Assembly (NCBI GenBank): GCA_964572155.1
Contig: CAZNDZ010000003.1
Span: 202,224-266,223, forward strand
Direction: 5' to 3'
Length of the DNA: 64,000 nucleotides
Source: an uncultured Planctomycetales bacterium
GTDB lineage: Bacteria > Omnitrophota > Gorgyraeia > Zapsychrales > Fredricksoniimonadaceae
Shown here: positions 10,030 through 20,313 of the stretch, piece by piece
How the letters are laid out: each line of letters begins with the position of its first letter
Position numbering within the stretch: position 1 is the first letter of the stretch
Program-made: the position numbers and the translations under genes
The notes under the pieces: model-generated
The model's database searches: none
What the model was told of the DNA's origin: nothing
Seen by the model: the letters and a program-made list of their open reading frames with translations, nothing else

Positions 10030-11101
10030 AGAAGTGCACCTTGCTCATGTCGAAGACCAGATCCATGTCCCGATTTACTTCCGGGCGGTCATGTGCCCCG
10101 ACGCGGGCAATAAAATTATGTTTGCCCGAGTTTAAGTATAGATACACCTCAGACCCCAACGGCTCAACAACTTCACAGACAGCCTTCACCGTATTTTCAG
10201 GGGACGCTTCCGAGGCAAAAAGTTTGTCGTAAATATCTTCGGCACGTATGCCCATGACAACATCTTTACCTTCATACTTCGAAATCTTTGATGCCATCTC
10301 TTCGATGACTTTGACCTTAAATTTTTCTTCTTCAAAGAAAAATTTCTTACCTTCACGGGTGATCTTACCGGTCATTAAATTAATTGGTGGCGAACCAATG
10401 AATGAGGCCACGAACTTATTGGCTGGTTTATCATAGATGGTCATAGGATCTGCACATTGCTGGACAATCCCTTTGTTCATAACAACGATACGATCCCCCA
10501 TCGTCATAGCTTCTGTTTGGTCATGGGTAACGTAAATAAAAGTCGTTTGTAATTTCATGCGCAATTTATGAATCTCGGTGCGCATTTGCACGCGCATCTT
10601 AGCGTCGAGGTTTGATAAAGGTTCATCAAACAAGAACACCAAGGGTTTGCGGACAATGGCACGGCCTAAGGCCACGCGTTGACGCTCACCACCGGAAAGA
10701 TCTTTAGGCTTACGTTCTAAATATTGTTTGATGCCTAAAATTTCTGCAGCTTCATGGACACGTTTGACAATTTCTGGTTTTGGATAGCCACGTAATTTTA
10801 AACCAAAAGCCATATTTTCAAAAACAGACATGTGTGGGTAAAGCGCATAATTTTGGAACACCATGGCGATGTTACGGTCTTTGGCAGGCACATCATTGAC
10901 GAGCTTATCATTGATCCAGATTTCACCAGAAGAAATATCTTCCAAACCCGCAATCATGCGCAGCGTCGTTGACTTACCACAACCTGAGGGGCCAACTAAC
11001 ACTAAGAATTCGCGGTCACCAATTTCTAAATTGACATTGTCTACCGCTTTACCACCATTGGGATATGTTTTACAAACATTAACAAGTCGAATTTGCGCCA
11101 T
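9998..11101 (-). CDS. ABC transporter ATP-binding protein, MalK/UgpC/MsmX type
   Basis: Walker [10 protein letters not shown], signature LSGGERQRV, and a C-terminal TOBE/MalK regulatory domain; 367 aa. No cognate permease lies adjacent. Confidence 0.85.
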   Translation of the reverse strand: MAQIRLVNVCKTYPNGGKAVDNVNLEIGDREFLVLVGPSGCGKSTTLRMIAGLEDISSGEIWINDKLVNDVPAKDRNIAMVFQNYALYPHMSVFENMAFGLKLRGYPKPEIVKRVHEAAEILGIKQYLERKPKDLSGGERQRVALGRAIVRKPLVFLFDEPLSNLDAKMRVQMRTEIHKLRMKLQTTFIYVTHDQTEAMTMGDRIVVMNKGIVQQCADPMTIYDKPANKFVASFIGSPPINLMTGKITREGKKFFFEEEKFKVKVIEEMASKISKYEGKDVVMGIRAEDIYDKLFASEASPENTVKAVCEVVEPLGSEVYLYLNSGKHNFIARVGAHDRPEVNRDMDLVFDMSKVHFFDSQTQATII

Positions 11102-11118
11102 GTCGTACCCTTCTAAAA

Positions 11119-11961
11119 TTATTTTTGTGCGTAATCTATGCTATGCGCTAAAACACCTTTTAAATCTTGTCGCTCGACGATCATATCGATCATGCCGTGC
11201 TGTAATAAAAACTCTGAGCGTTGAAATCCCGCTGGTAATTTCTGACGGATGGTTTGTTCCACAACACGAGGACCAGCAAACCCAATCAAAGCTTTCGGCT
11301 CTGCGATGATAATATCACCAACACCAGCAAATGAGGCCATAATGCCACCCATGGTCGGGTTTGTCAACACGGAAACGTATAATAATCCCGCTTGTGCGTG
11401 ACGAGATAATGCCGCACACGTTTTGGCCATTTGCATGAGTGCAATCGCGCCTTCATACATGCGTGCCCCGCCGCCAGATGCTGAGATAATAATCACAGGG
11501 ATCTTTTGTTTCGTGGCATATTCAACCGCGCGGGTGATGCGTTCACCAACAACAGAACCCATGGATCCCATGATAAAACGTGAATCGGTCACGCATAAAA
11601 CAGCTTTATGGCCTTCGATCGTGCCTTTGCCAGTGATGATGGCATCGACCATGCCTGTTTCTTCTTGATCTGCTTTAACTTTATCCAAATATGTCTTAGG
11701 GCCTTTGAAATTTAAAGGATCTGCTGAGGTCATCTTGGCATCCATCTCAACAAATGACCCTTCATCCATGATATGCTCGACCCGCTCGCGGGCCGTTAAC
11801 CCTAAATGAAACCCACATTTTGGACAAACGTTTAAATTATTTTTAAGCTCTTTGGAATAAGCCGGCGACTCACATCCAGGGCACTTGGTCCACACCCCGA
11901 CTGGAATTTCTTTTCGCTTTACCTTGATAAAGGTGTAATTACTTTTCCCAAAAAGCGCCAT
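11119..11961 (-). CDS. accD: acetyl-CoA carboxylase carboxyltransferase subunit beta
   Basis: N-terminal [13 protein letters not shown]…CPKCGFH zinc ribbon, followed by the carboxyltransferase domain. Confidence 0.9.
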   Translation of the reverse strand: MALFGKSNYTFIKVKRKEIPVGVWTKCPGCESPAYSKELKNNLNVCPKCGFHLGLTARERVEHIMDEGSFVEMDAKMTSADPLNFKGPKTYLDKVKADQEETGMVDAIITGKGTIEGHKAVLCVTDSRFIMGSMGSVVGERITRAVEYATKQKIPVIIISASGGGARMYEGAIALMQMAKTCAALSRHAQAGLLYVSVLTNPTMGGIMASFAGVGDIIIAEPKALIGFAGPRVVEQTIRQKLPAGFQRSEFLLQHGMIDMIVERQDLKGVLAHSIDYAQK

Positions 11962-11962
11962 G

Positions 11963-13234
11963 TTAATCCATTTTATAAATGGTTAAACCCGAAAGAACCT
12001 TCGGATAAAAATATGTCGTCTTAGGCGGCATGCGTTCATCATTTAAGGCCACCGCTTTTAATTGCTTCACTAAAACAGGATTTAAAATAAACCCTGCATC
12101 TGCCTTATCTTCATTAACAAAGGCAATGACTTCATCTGGATCTTTAGAATAGGTGATGTCTTCTGACTTCACACCGACTTGATCAAAGATGAATGATTTT
12201 AAGATCGCAGCGTCTAAAGATTTATAATCTTTTGATCCTTCCAACACAACCTTATCAATCAAGGTCTTGCTCTTTAAACGCAATAAATATAAGCCGCTCT
12301 TTAAGCACAAGCCAAAAGCATGTTCGTTTTGACCGGCGCGGGCGAGTAAAACCATCAAATCAGTTTTATTCTTAATCTTATCGATACGGAAATATTGTTC
12401 TAATAAATTCACGCTGATGGGGAACTTTTTGACGATGCGGTGAATTGGGAAAATTTGCAAATCTTTGGAATCCATGTTGGTGTAATAGGCCATGACATAA
12501 TTAAATGGTTCTTTGCCTGTTGGATTCTTAACCTTCTTTAAATGATCTTTTCTAATTTGATTAGCCACCTCAAAGCGATGATGCCCGTCGCAAATAAAAA
12601 TATTTTGACCATCTAATACATCAGCTATCAAGGCAATCTTGGCTGGATCTTCTAAGCGCCAAATCATATGCTTAACTTTATCTTGATCAACTGCTTCTAA
12701 ATATGGTTTTTGGCTGGCTAAGTCTTTTAAGAAAATCTTCTCAACCACATTGTGCTTATCCGCATAGCCAACAAAGATGGAACTTAAATCACTTTTTAAG
12801 GCGCTCCATAGTAAATGACGGTCTGTTTTTGCTGCCGCATGGGTGTGTTCGTGTGGCAATACCTTAACGCCTGAATCATCATTCATGCTAAGCAAAGCCA
12901 AAAACCCTGTGCGGGTATAGCGTTGACCCAAATACTTATAATCTTGTTTATAAAAATACACGCAAGGCACCTTATCTTGAATCAAAACGCCCTTCTTTAA
13001 CCATTCTTCGTAGGTTTTTTGAGCACGGGTGTATTTGTTATCTTTAGCTGTATCTTTAGGGGTTTCTTTGGTTAATTCAAGACGGATGAAGTTATTGGGA
13101 TGTTGCTTATAATAACCTTCTTGCTGTTCTTTGGAAATAACGTCATAGGGAGGACAAATGACACTAGATAAATTCTCTACTTTTTCTTTATTGTAGAAAA
13201 CCGCTTGAAATGGCTTAAGAGCTGACATGAGCAT
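11963..13234 (-). CDS. DUF1015 family protein
   Basis: N-terminal LKPFQAVFYN…CPPYDVIS, characteristic of DUF1015; 423 aa. Confidence 0.65.
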   Translation of the reverse strand: MLMSALKPFQAVFYNKEKVENLSSVICPPYDVISKEQQEGYYKQHPNNFIRLELTKETPKDTAKDNKYTRAQKTYEEWLKKGVLIQDKVPCVYFYKQDYKYLGQRYTRTGFLALLSMNDDSGVKVLPHEHTHAAAKTDRHLLWSALKSDLSSIFVGYADKHNVVEKIFLKDLASQKPYLEAVDQDKVKHMIWRLEDPAKIALIADVLDGQNIFICDGHHRFEVANQIRKDHLKKVKNPTGKEPFNYVMAYYTNMDSKDLQIFPIHRIVKKFPISVNLLEQYFRIDKIKNKTDLMVLLARAGQNEHAFGLCLKSGLYLLRLKSKTLIDKVVLEGSKDYKSLDAAILKSFIFDQVGVKSEDITYSKDPDEVIAFVNEDKADAGFILNPVLVKQLKAVALNDERMPPKTTYFYPKVLSGLTIYKMD

Positions 13235-13308
13235 TCCTTTATCTTTAAAATTAATAAAAATCTGAAACTAAATATTAACAGAAAGATGCGGAAAATGAAA
13301 CTGGAATT

Positions 13309-16161
13309 TTATGTGCTTGCTAACCGGTCTTCTTGGGTTTTTGGAGGGGTTAAACCTAAGAGGTTCCATATATTTACAACAGGCGCAATCTTAAAGATCA
13401 CAGGCGTCAAAGAATCAATCCCTTCACGGCGAACCCGTTTAATCATCGCAGGATCAAGACGCATTTGCACCCCTTGGCCATCCTTACGAATAGCCGTGTT
13501 AGCCTGAGTCTTCATTAAATCGATACCACCATGCGTAGCCATGGCTTGATTAGCATGTTGTTTTCGTTCATAAATCCAACTAATAAAAGCCTGTTGATTG
13601 CTTTTTAGACTTGCAAATTTCTCCCCAATTAAATACGCATCCTGAGAATTCCAAGGATCAACCAAAATGAGATACACACCAGCTAAAAACTGCGCGTCCA
13701 CATCTTCACTTGTTGCTAAAATCTTACGCATTTTATCCTTACCGCTTAATGTTAAATCTTCAAACAGTTCCGGAAAAAATGAATCAGGCTTTTCTTTAGT
13801 CTGTAAATCACCACTATATAGCTCTTCCACAATGCCTTTAAACTTACTTAACAATAGCGCCTCTTGTTCTTCATCAAAAATCAACTCCCTCTTTGAATAC
13901 TGTGCAATATTATATTCAAGCAGAATTCGAGTAAAGTGTTTTAGAAACTTAATTGGCTCACTTTTAACGCTCTCATCATTAAAAACATCTCGGGCAGGCG
14001 CCACAACCAAAGTTTCCTTTCTCAAAGGTGGAACAGCAACTTCTTCCCTAATACTACTTTTAACAATATCAGTTAGAACAAGTGCATTCGGATGCTGGAG
14101 ATCCAAATCTGATAGACGCTTTCTCATGTCACTATTAACAAACTTTCCTACAAAATCTTGCCAATACACACCATCTTGTTTATCAATTTTCTTCGAGAAG
14201 AACTTAACTAATATCGTCAAATTAAGCTGAGCACCTTTTAAGTAGGCCAGCCACACAATCCTTTCCGCTTTACTCATTTTCTTTGGGTCTTGTTTAATCA
14301 ACATGTCAATAAAATCTAGATAATGACCCACATTTTGCTTCAAATGGATAAATCTCTCATCTATCCCTTGACCCTCTTTTAACGATTGATTTATCTTTGC
14401 CACAAGGTCTTTGACGGTAAAAGCATTGATCAATTTCTTTGCTTGCGCACGCATATCTAACATTTTTCCAAACGATTCTTTTCTTAACTTATACACACTT
14501 AAATCCTCAACAGAAATTGTCATCAACTTATCTAACAATACAATTAACTTATCCTCAAAAGGTGTTCGAATAACCGCATCTTGTTGCAATTTTAAATAAT
14601 ACTCATGTGCTTCTATAATGAGTTCTTGTGTACGAAAATCATACAAACGCATTATGAAATTGATGACTTGTAAAATCTCATCCAACCTTGATCGTTCTAC
14701 ATCATTTAAAACATCCGTTTCTAGATCATGTCGTCGTTGTTGAACACCTTTCGCTCGATCAATGATGCCCCAAACTTTTTCTAAATCACCCTTACCAACA
14801 TAATCTTCTACTTGTGCCTTTGAAATATCTGCTCCTGGCTTAAGGCGAACGGTTGTAGGTGAAACCTCCTCCCAAATGCTATATTCCATTTGAGGGTCAA
14901 TGGGTGTTAGTTGAATAGATTGGATCATCAATAAACTTATCGTTGAGATCTCAACTTCTCCACCATTTAATTCATACGCAATGAGCCGTTCAATCTTATT
15001 CAGCTCCCCACTATCAAAGGTAACACCCTCATCAATACCGGTTATAAAACGCGCTGATTTAGCTGCTTCATTAATAGCAGTCATCGCCGCATTTTTGTTC
15101 GACGTAATTAAACCTGCAGATATTTGTTTTAAACCATTTGGTAATTGACCATAAAAATCACGAACTACCGTTGGGGTAGCTGCCATCGCTGCATTTACTC
15201 CTCCAGAAAAATACTTCTTTGGAACTTCTGAAACTGCGCCTTCTTTCACATAATTAAAAACACCTTTTTTGTATGCTTGGACATAACGATCAAAGATTTT
15301 TTCTTTTATATCCTTATCCTTAAGATCAATCCCCTTCACCATTGATTTATCTGCATAAGCTTGATTCAGGATACTGGCTTTTAAATTATTTTTATACCAA
15401 CCTGCCAAGATGATGGCATTAAATATCTGGCGCAATGGCGCAAAATGTTTACCTTCATTGACTTCACGTTCAAGTTCTGGCAATATCACATCACGTATAG
15501 CTTGAGCTGAAGGATTTTGTTTGTGTGTTTGTATGCCATGCTTCTGTGTGGCTAAATAATCTTCTTCTAACATGACCTTTAAATGGCTTTTGGTCACAAA
15601 CGCTGTCTGCCCATGTTCATAAACTTCTGCTTGATCGGCCATGATCCAGACTTTATTAAACGTATTCACAGGTACATTGTTTGTCTTCGCATAAACCTTA
15701 TCCCAAAATGTTTTACCTAATGCTTTCTCTGGATAAATTAATGACGCCGTGAGTTGCTTTAAAATATAATCTTGGGCCAACATATCCCGCCCCATGTCTG
15801 TCTGACCTAACGCATTGTTAATCGTCCTATCCTTTTCATAAGGGCTTAGATTAACCCATAATTCTTTGGCAGGCACAGTCAACGCCGCTAAGAAATATTT
15901 GATTTGCACAGCGCCTTCTTGTTGTAACGCATCATCTTTTAAACCATCTTGCCCTGGATCCATAATGAAATCAAAAAGAAAAGGATTGTCTTTATGAACA
16001 GTAATACCCTTGATCATAGCTGGTTGATAGGCATGGCTTAAACCAACCATACTCCCAGGCTCTGGCAAACTTAGCAGAGGGGCTGCTTGGGCCTGAGGAA
16101 CGGCAACCATGGACACACTCAAGCTCACCACTAAAAAGAAAACCAGTGATTTCTTAAACAT
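13309..16161 (-). CDS. large secreted protein, paralog 1 of an unrecognised three-member family (conserved N/C modules, divergent centre)
   Basis: Start set at MFKKSLVFFLVVSLSVSMVAVPQAQA^APLL by paralogy; the ORF-track start is 36 nt upstream. 950 aa; shares a ~330-aa N domain and ~70-aa C module with 16269..20249 and 20314..24153. Confidence 0.75.
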   Translation of the reverse strand: MFKKSLVFFLVVSLSVSMVAVPQAQAAPLLSLPEPGSMVGLSHAYQPAMIKGITVHKDNPFLFDFIMDPGQDGLKDDALQQEGAVQIKYFLAALTVPAKELWVNLSPYEKDRTINNALGQTDMGRDMLAQDYILKQLTASLIYPEKALGKTFWDKVYAKTNNVPVNTFNKVWIMADQAEVYEHGQTAFVTKSHLKVMLEEDYLATQKHGIQTHKQNPSAQAIRDVILPELEREVNEGKHFAPLRQIFNAIILAGWYKNNLKASILNQAYADKSMVKGIDLKDKDIKEKIFDRYVQAYKKGVFNYVKEGAVSEVPKKYFSGGVNAAMAATPTVVRDFYGQLPNGLKQISAGLITSNKNAAMTAINEAAKSARFITGIDEGVTFDSGELNKIERLIAYELNGGEVEISTISLLMIQSIQLTPIDPQMEYSIWEEVSPTTVRLKPGADISKAQVEDYVGKGDLEKVWGIIDRAKGVQQRRHDLETDVLNDVERSRLDEILQVINFIMRLYDFRTQELIIEAHEYYLKLQQDAVIRTPFEDKLIVLLDKLMTISVEDLSVYKLRKESFGKMLDMRAQAKKLINAFTVKDLVAKINQSLKEGQGIDERFIHLKQNVGHYLDFIDMLIKQDPKKMSKAERIVWLAYLKGAQLNLTILVKFFSKKIDKQDGVYWQDFVGKFVNSDMRKRLSDLDLQHPNALVLTDIVKSSIREEVAVPPLRKETLVVAPARDVFNDESVKSEPIKFLKHFTRILLEYNIAQYSKRELIFDEEQEALLLSKFKGIVEELYSGDLQTKEKPDSFFPELFEDLTLSGKDKMRKILATSEDVDAQFLAGVYLILVDPWNSQDAYLIGEKFASLKSNQQAFISWIYERKQHANQAMATHGGIDLMKTQANTAIRKDGQGVQMRLDPAMIKRVRREGIDSLTPVIFKIAPVVNIWNLLGLTPPKTQEDRLAST
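13376..13482. repeat. 3' coding block of paralog 1, ~90% nucleotide-identical to 16336..16442
   Basis: Hand alignment of …ttaaagatcacaggcgtcaaagaatcaatccc…cgcatttgcacccctt… gives about 10 mismatches in 107 nt. Protein identity across the whole C module is lower. Confidence 0.7.
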
Positions 16162-16268
16162 GTTCAATAAATAACAAATTTTAAAATCAACAACCATTAA
16201 AATACCTCTCTCATTAAAACAAGATGCAAATTAAATTTTCTTCGCTACAAAATCATTACTTCTAGGGG

Positions 16269-19200
16269 TTAATTTAAAGCGATTTTTGTTGCAGCAGATG
16301 TTGGGGGCGTTAACCCTAACAATGACCAAATATTTACAACAGGTGAAACCTTAAAGATCACAGGCGTCAAAGAATCAATCCCCTCACGGCGAACCCGCTC
16401 AATCATCGCCGGATCAATCCGCATTTGCACCCCTTGACCATCTTTTCGTACAGCCGTATTATCCAACGTCTTCTTCAAGTCAATACCACCGTTTGTAACC
16501 ATGGCTGAATTAAAAAACCCTTTAGCAGATGGCAAACCAGCAAAAATACGCTCTTTCCATTGGGGGCTCACGCCTGCAGGTGCTAATTTATCCCATAAAG
16601 AATCCGGATCAATCGTACCATCTTCTAGCCCTGTTTGAATTATGGGAACAATAGATTTCTTTGCTTTCTTGGCATTCTTAATAGCTATCTCAAATTTCTC
16701 TAACAAAATCTTTTTAATTCTATTTCGATATTTTTCAAAGATATCAAACCTAGGATCAGACCCTCCTGAGATTCCTGACAATGCTCTTAACTCACGCTTT
16801 GTTTCACTTAACAAATTAGCCCAAATCCTTATTTCAACTCTACCTAATGGTGCCGTATTGAGCTCTAATAACTTATCTGTAAAATCTAGGTATTGTTTTA
16901 AAACTTCTTCAAATACTTTCACATCCGATGGCCATCCTAATGCATCAAAGATTTGCATATTTAAAACATCTTCCACGTAACCTTCTTCACTAAATAAACC
17001 CAACTGACTTAATGCATCACGAGCATTTAGAACATTTTTAAATTCCACATTTACTGCGACCATTCCTTTATCATTATCATCAAAATGTAAATGCGTAACA
17101 TCGAAGCCTTGAGTAGTATTTGGATCAGCTCCAGTTAAAGAACCTGGGGTTGAATCAGGTTCGCTTAATTTCTTTTCTACCTGAGCTTTCAAATCAGCAG
17201 CCTTAAACGATGCTTTCAAATCTAACAAATCCCTATTAATGTTTTCTTGCCCATAACCATTTAATTGACCATTTTTTAAACGCTTTAGTTTTCTGATCAC
17301 TGCATCTAATAGTTCGAAATTGTTTCTTGATAAATACTTCGGAGCAATTTCTCCCAACGTCTTGGTTGCATCAAGCAACTCTTTTACATCTGAAAGTTTA
17401 TTAATACGATGTGTTAATTTAAGCCTAAGGATGTCCTTCGCATCTTCATAACGTTCTGCTTTAGTCTTAACTTTGACTTGTTCCTTACCCAACATTTTCT
17501 TTAACCCATCCATAATTCCCATGGCAGCATCAGGAGAGCCTTGTAAAACCGCCGGCACTGTATCAAAAGCGCCACCAAAAGCAAGTATTTCTGGTTTAGC
17601 TTTAACGCGATCTATAATGCTTTGAAACCCTTCTACCAAACCACTTAATTCTGGATCCAAACTCAGGCCATTGCCCAATGTTACATCAGAACCTTTGATG
17701 TTAAACTGACCAACGTAAGCTATTGCCATCTGCAATGTCTCATCGAAATTATCTTTATCGAAATTATATTTAAACTCTAATTGTGCAAAAATATCCCTAA
17801 CATTTAAGGCGATTAAAGAATCGTAAACTTTACCATTGCGTAACTCAACCCCGTTATCGTACTCATAAATATCAATCTTAGCTATGTCTTGCATTAATCG
17901 TTGTATTGCTGGATCCGCATGCAAATCGCCCAATAATTTTTGAATGGAATCATCTGACACATGAACATCACCGCTTATGTTATCTCGTTTAATAGGATCT
18001 AAGCCCTGTTCTTTTCTTAATTCATCTGCAGCTCTAGTTACAGCCGCTAACAAAATTGCAAACGTTCTATTTTGATGAATACCATTCTCATCCGTGATAT
18101 TAAAACCACTGCCTCGATACTGACCTAAGAAATTTTCAACATCGCCTACATTTGAGAAATCCTTGATTTGAATAAAATACGCAACAACGTCGGACAATCT
18201 AGCAAGATTCATCACGCCGCCATCTTGAATCTTTGCAAGATATTCACGTGGCGTGGTTGTAAAATCTACACCATTTACGAAATCTCTAATCACTTCTTTA
18301 ATCACTTTAAATTGCTCATCCGTAACAGCCATGGCAGGGTCATGACGACAATAATCCTCAACAGCTTTAGCCAATTTAAGAGAAATCACATCATCAAAAC
18401 TTTCAATCTGTGTTTTTAATTGAATTAATTTCTCGCGATTAATTGATGATTGTTCCGATTTAACTTCTTGAAGGGTGATGATCTGGATATTTAATTGATC
18501 TAAAAGATCCAAGATCATGCCATCCACATCAAATTGTATCGAACCCTTTCCTTCTAAAGTTGCCTTCTCATTGACGCTCTTTAAGAACTTCATCAACGCT
18601 TCAAAAGAAATCTTTGTCGGGTTATGTTTGATCAAATATGCAAATGCGTCCACAGCACTATGAATGTCTTTTTGGGTATTGATCACAATATTCAACCTTC
18701 TTACCGCCGTTTCCTCGTCTATTAAAGAAGCAGAACTTTCTTTAGCATCAACAGTTGCTGATAATGCCCCTGATCCGCTATCCATTAATTCACCGGCGCC
18801 AGTTGGAAATTCTCTATTGCTCCACAAGCGCTTAACAATACTTTTTAAAGCATCTAATTTGGTTATGTCTTCTCTTATGCCACGGGGGATTTTATGCCTA
18901 TTATTAATGAGAAAACTTTTTCTCTTACTTAGAACACTATAAAAAAGCGCCATAAATTCACTGATCTTATTACGTACTTCTGACCCACTCTTACCACGAT
19001 AAAGGATCATTTCATTCATGAACTTCTCAATTAATTCATTTGAAATTGTTGCCTCAGGGTTATCTGTGGCTAATCTCAACATTTCATTAGTTTGAAATCT
19101 GAAATCTGCTTGTGTTTTGATTGGATCCCCAAGCACCATAACTCCGTATTGACGCGCATTCGCTGAAACCTCAACAACCCCAGCTTCCACCATGACCAAC

Positions 19201-20249
19201 GTATCTGAAAATCCTGTACCAGTAAAGCTTTGAACTACCGCCGGATTAACCGCCATCGCAAAATCAACCCCACCTGAAAAATATTTTCTAGGGGTTTTGG
19301 CTTCGTCTTCTTTCACGTAATTGAACACGCCTTTTTTATAGGCTTGTAAATAGCGGTCGAAGATTTGTTGTTTGATGGTTTTGTCTTGAATGTCGATGCC
19401 CTTGACGGTTGATTTATTGGCGTAGACTTCATTGAGCAAACTTGACTTTAAATTATTTTTGTACCAGCCGGCTAAGATGATGGCGTTGAAGATTTGGCGC
19501 AATGGGGCGAAATTCTTGCCTTCGTTTACTTCCTTTTCCAATTGCGGGATGATCACTTCTCTTAATACTGCGGCAGATGTATCGTTTGAGTTTACTGGCG
19601 CGGCGTGTTTTTCTGTGGCTAAATAATCTTGTTCCAACATGACCTTCAAATGCGCTTTGGTGACAAACGCAGTTTGATTGTGTTCGTAGACTTCGGCTTG
19701 ATCAGCCATGATCCAAACTTTATTAAAGGTGTTTACAGGAACTTGGGCATTGCCGAACTTTTGCTTGGTCTTGGCATAGACTTCGTTCCAGAAGGTCTTA
19801 CCTAAGTCTTTTTCAGGATATATTAAGGAAGCGGTGATTTGCTTTAATATATAATCTTGGGCTAAAAGGTCGCGGCCCATATCGGTTTGGCCTAAAGCTT
19901 CATCAACGGTCCTATTTTTTTCGTAGGGTGACAAATTAACCCATAAGGAACTTGCTGGCACGGTTAAGGCAGCTAAGAAGTAGCGGATCAGCCTATCACC
20001 CTCTTGCTTTAACGCAGGTTCTGAGGCATTTTCTTGACCTGGATCCACAATAAAATCAAACAAGAACGGATTATCCTGATTTACCGTTAAACCCTTTAAC
20101 ATCAATGGTTTATACGCGGCGCTTAACCCAACCATGGCGCCTGGTTCAGGAAGGCCTAATAAAGGCGCTGCATAGGCATTTGGCTGTGGCGCTACAATCG
20201 AAAAAGAGACCGCAACGGTTACAAAAATAGATAAAATTTTCTTATACAT
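16269..20249 (-). CDS. large secreted protein, paralog 2 of the same family
   Basis: MYKKILSIFVTVAVSFSIVAPQPNAYA^APLLGLPEPG…; 1326 aa. I used the first ATG (the ORF-track start is TTG). Conserved N and C modules, unique 900-aa centre. Confidence 0.75.
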   Translation of the reverse strand: MYKKILSIFVTVAVSFSIVAPQPNAYAAPLLGLPEPGAMVGLSAAYKPLMLKGLTVNQDNPFLFDFIVDPGQENASEPALKQEGDRLIRYFLAALTVPASSLWVNLSPYEKNRTVDEALGQTDMGRDLLAQDYILKQITASLIYPEKDLGKTFWNEVYAKTKQKFGNAQVPVNTFNKVWIMADQAEVYEHNQTAFVTKAHLKVMLEQDYLATEKHAAPVNSNDTSAAVLREVIIPQLEKEVNEGKNFAPLRQIFNAIILAGWYKNNLKSSLLNEVYANKSTVKGIDIQDKTIKQQIFDRYLQAYKKGVFNYVKEDEAKTPRKYFSGGVDFAMAVNPAVVQSFTGTGFSDTLVMVEAGVVEVSANARQYGVMVLGDPIKTQADFRFQTNEMLRLATDNPEATISNELIEKFMNEMILYRGKSGSEVRNKISEFMALFYSVLSKRKSFLINNRHKIPRGIREDITKLDALKSIVKRLWSNREFPTGAGELMDSGSGALSATVDAKESSASLIDEETAVRRLNIVINTQKDIHSAVDAFAYLIKHNPTKISFEALMKFLKSVNEKATLEGKGSIQFDVDGMILDLLDQLNIQIITLQEVKSEQSSINREKLIQLKTQIESFDDVISLKLAKAVEDYCRHDPAMAVTDEQFKVIKEVIRDFVNGVDFTTTPREYLAKIQDGGVMNLARLSDVVAYFIQIKDFSNVGDVENFLGQYRGSGFNITDENGIHQNRTFAILLAAVTRAADELRKEQGLDPIKRDNISGDVHVSDDSIQKLLGDLHADPAIQRLMQDIAKIDIYEYDNGVELRNGKVYDSLIALNVRDIFAQLEFKYNFDKDNFDETLQMAIAYVGQFNIKGSDVTLGNGLSLDPELSGLVEGFQSIIDRVKAKPEILAFGGAFDTVPAVLQGSPDAAMGIMDGLKKMLGKEQVKVKTKAERYEDAKDILRLKLTHRINKLSDVKELLDATKTLGEIAPKYLSRNNFELLDAVIRKLKRLKNGQLNGYGQENINRDLLDLKASFKAADLKAQVEKKLSEPDSTPGSLTGADPNTTQGFDVTHLHFDDNDKGMVAVNVEFKNVLNARDALSQLGLFSEEGYVEDVLNMQIFDALGWPSDVKVFEEVLKQYLDFTDKLLELNTAPLGRVEIRIWANLLSETKRELRALSGISGGSDPRFDIFEKYRNRIKKILLEKFEIAIKNAKKAKKSIVPIIQTGLEDGTIDPDSLWDKLAPAGVSPQWKERIFAGLPSAKGFFNSAMVTNGGIDLKKTLDNTAVRKDGQGVQMRIDPAMIERVRREGIDSLTPVIFKVSPVVNIWSLLGLTPPTSAATKIALN
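16336..16442. repeat. 3' coding block of paralog 2, near-identical copy of 13376..13482
   Basis: See the partner entry 13376..13482. Confidence 0.7.
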
Positions 20250-20313
20250 GCGCAAAGGATACCATACTTTCCATGGGAATACCAGTTTACGTAACTTGCT
20301 ACCAATATTTGTT

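Noticed and set aside
13667-14230. 187-aa plus-strand ORF (and similar ORFs at 4615..4986, 14411..14599, 16642..16980, 18664..18942, 23816..24079, 61850..62239, 63353..63643, and others)
   Set aside because: They lie entirely antisense to long, well-supported minus-strand genes. Their composition is low-complexity (Ser/Leu/Cys-rich) and they have no recognisable motifs, so they are shadow ORFs of the opposite strand.
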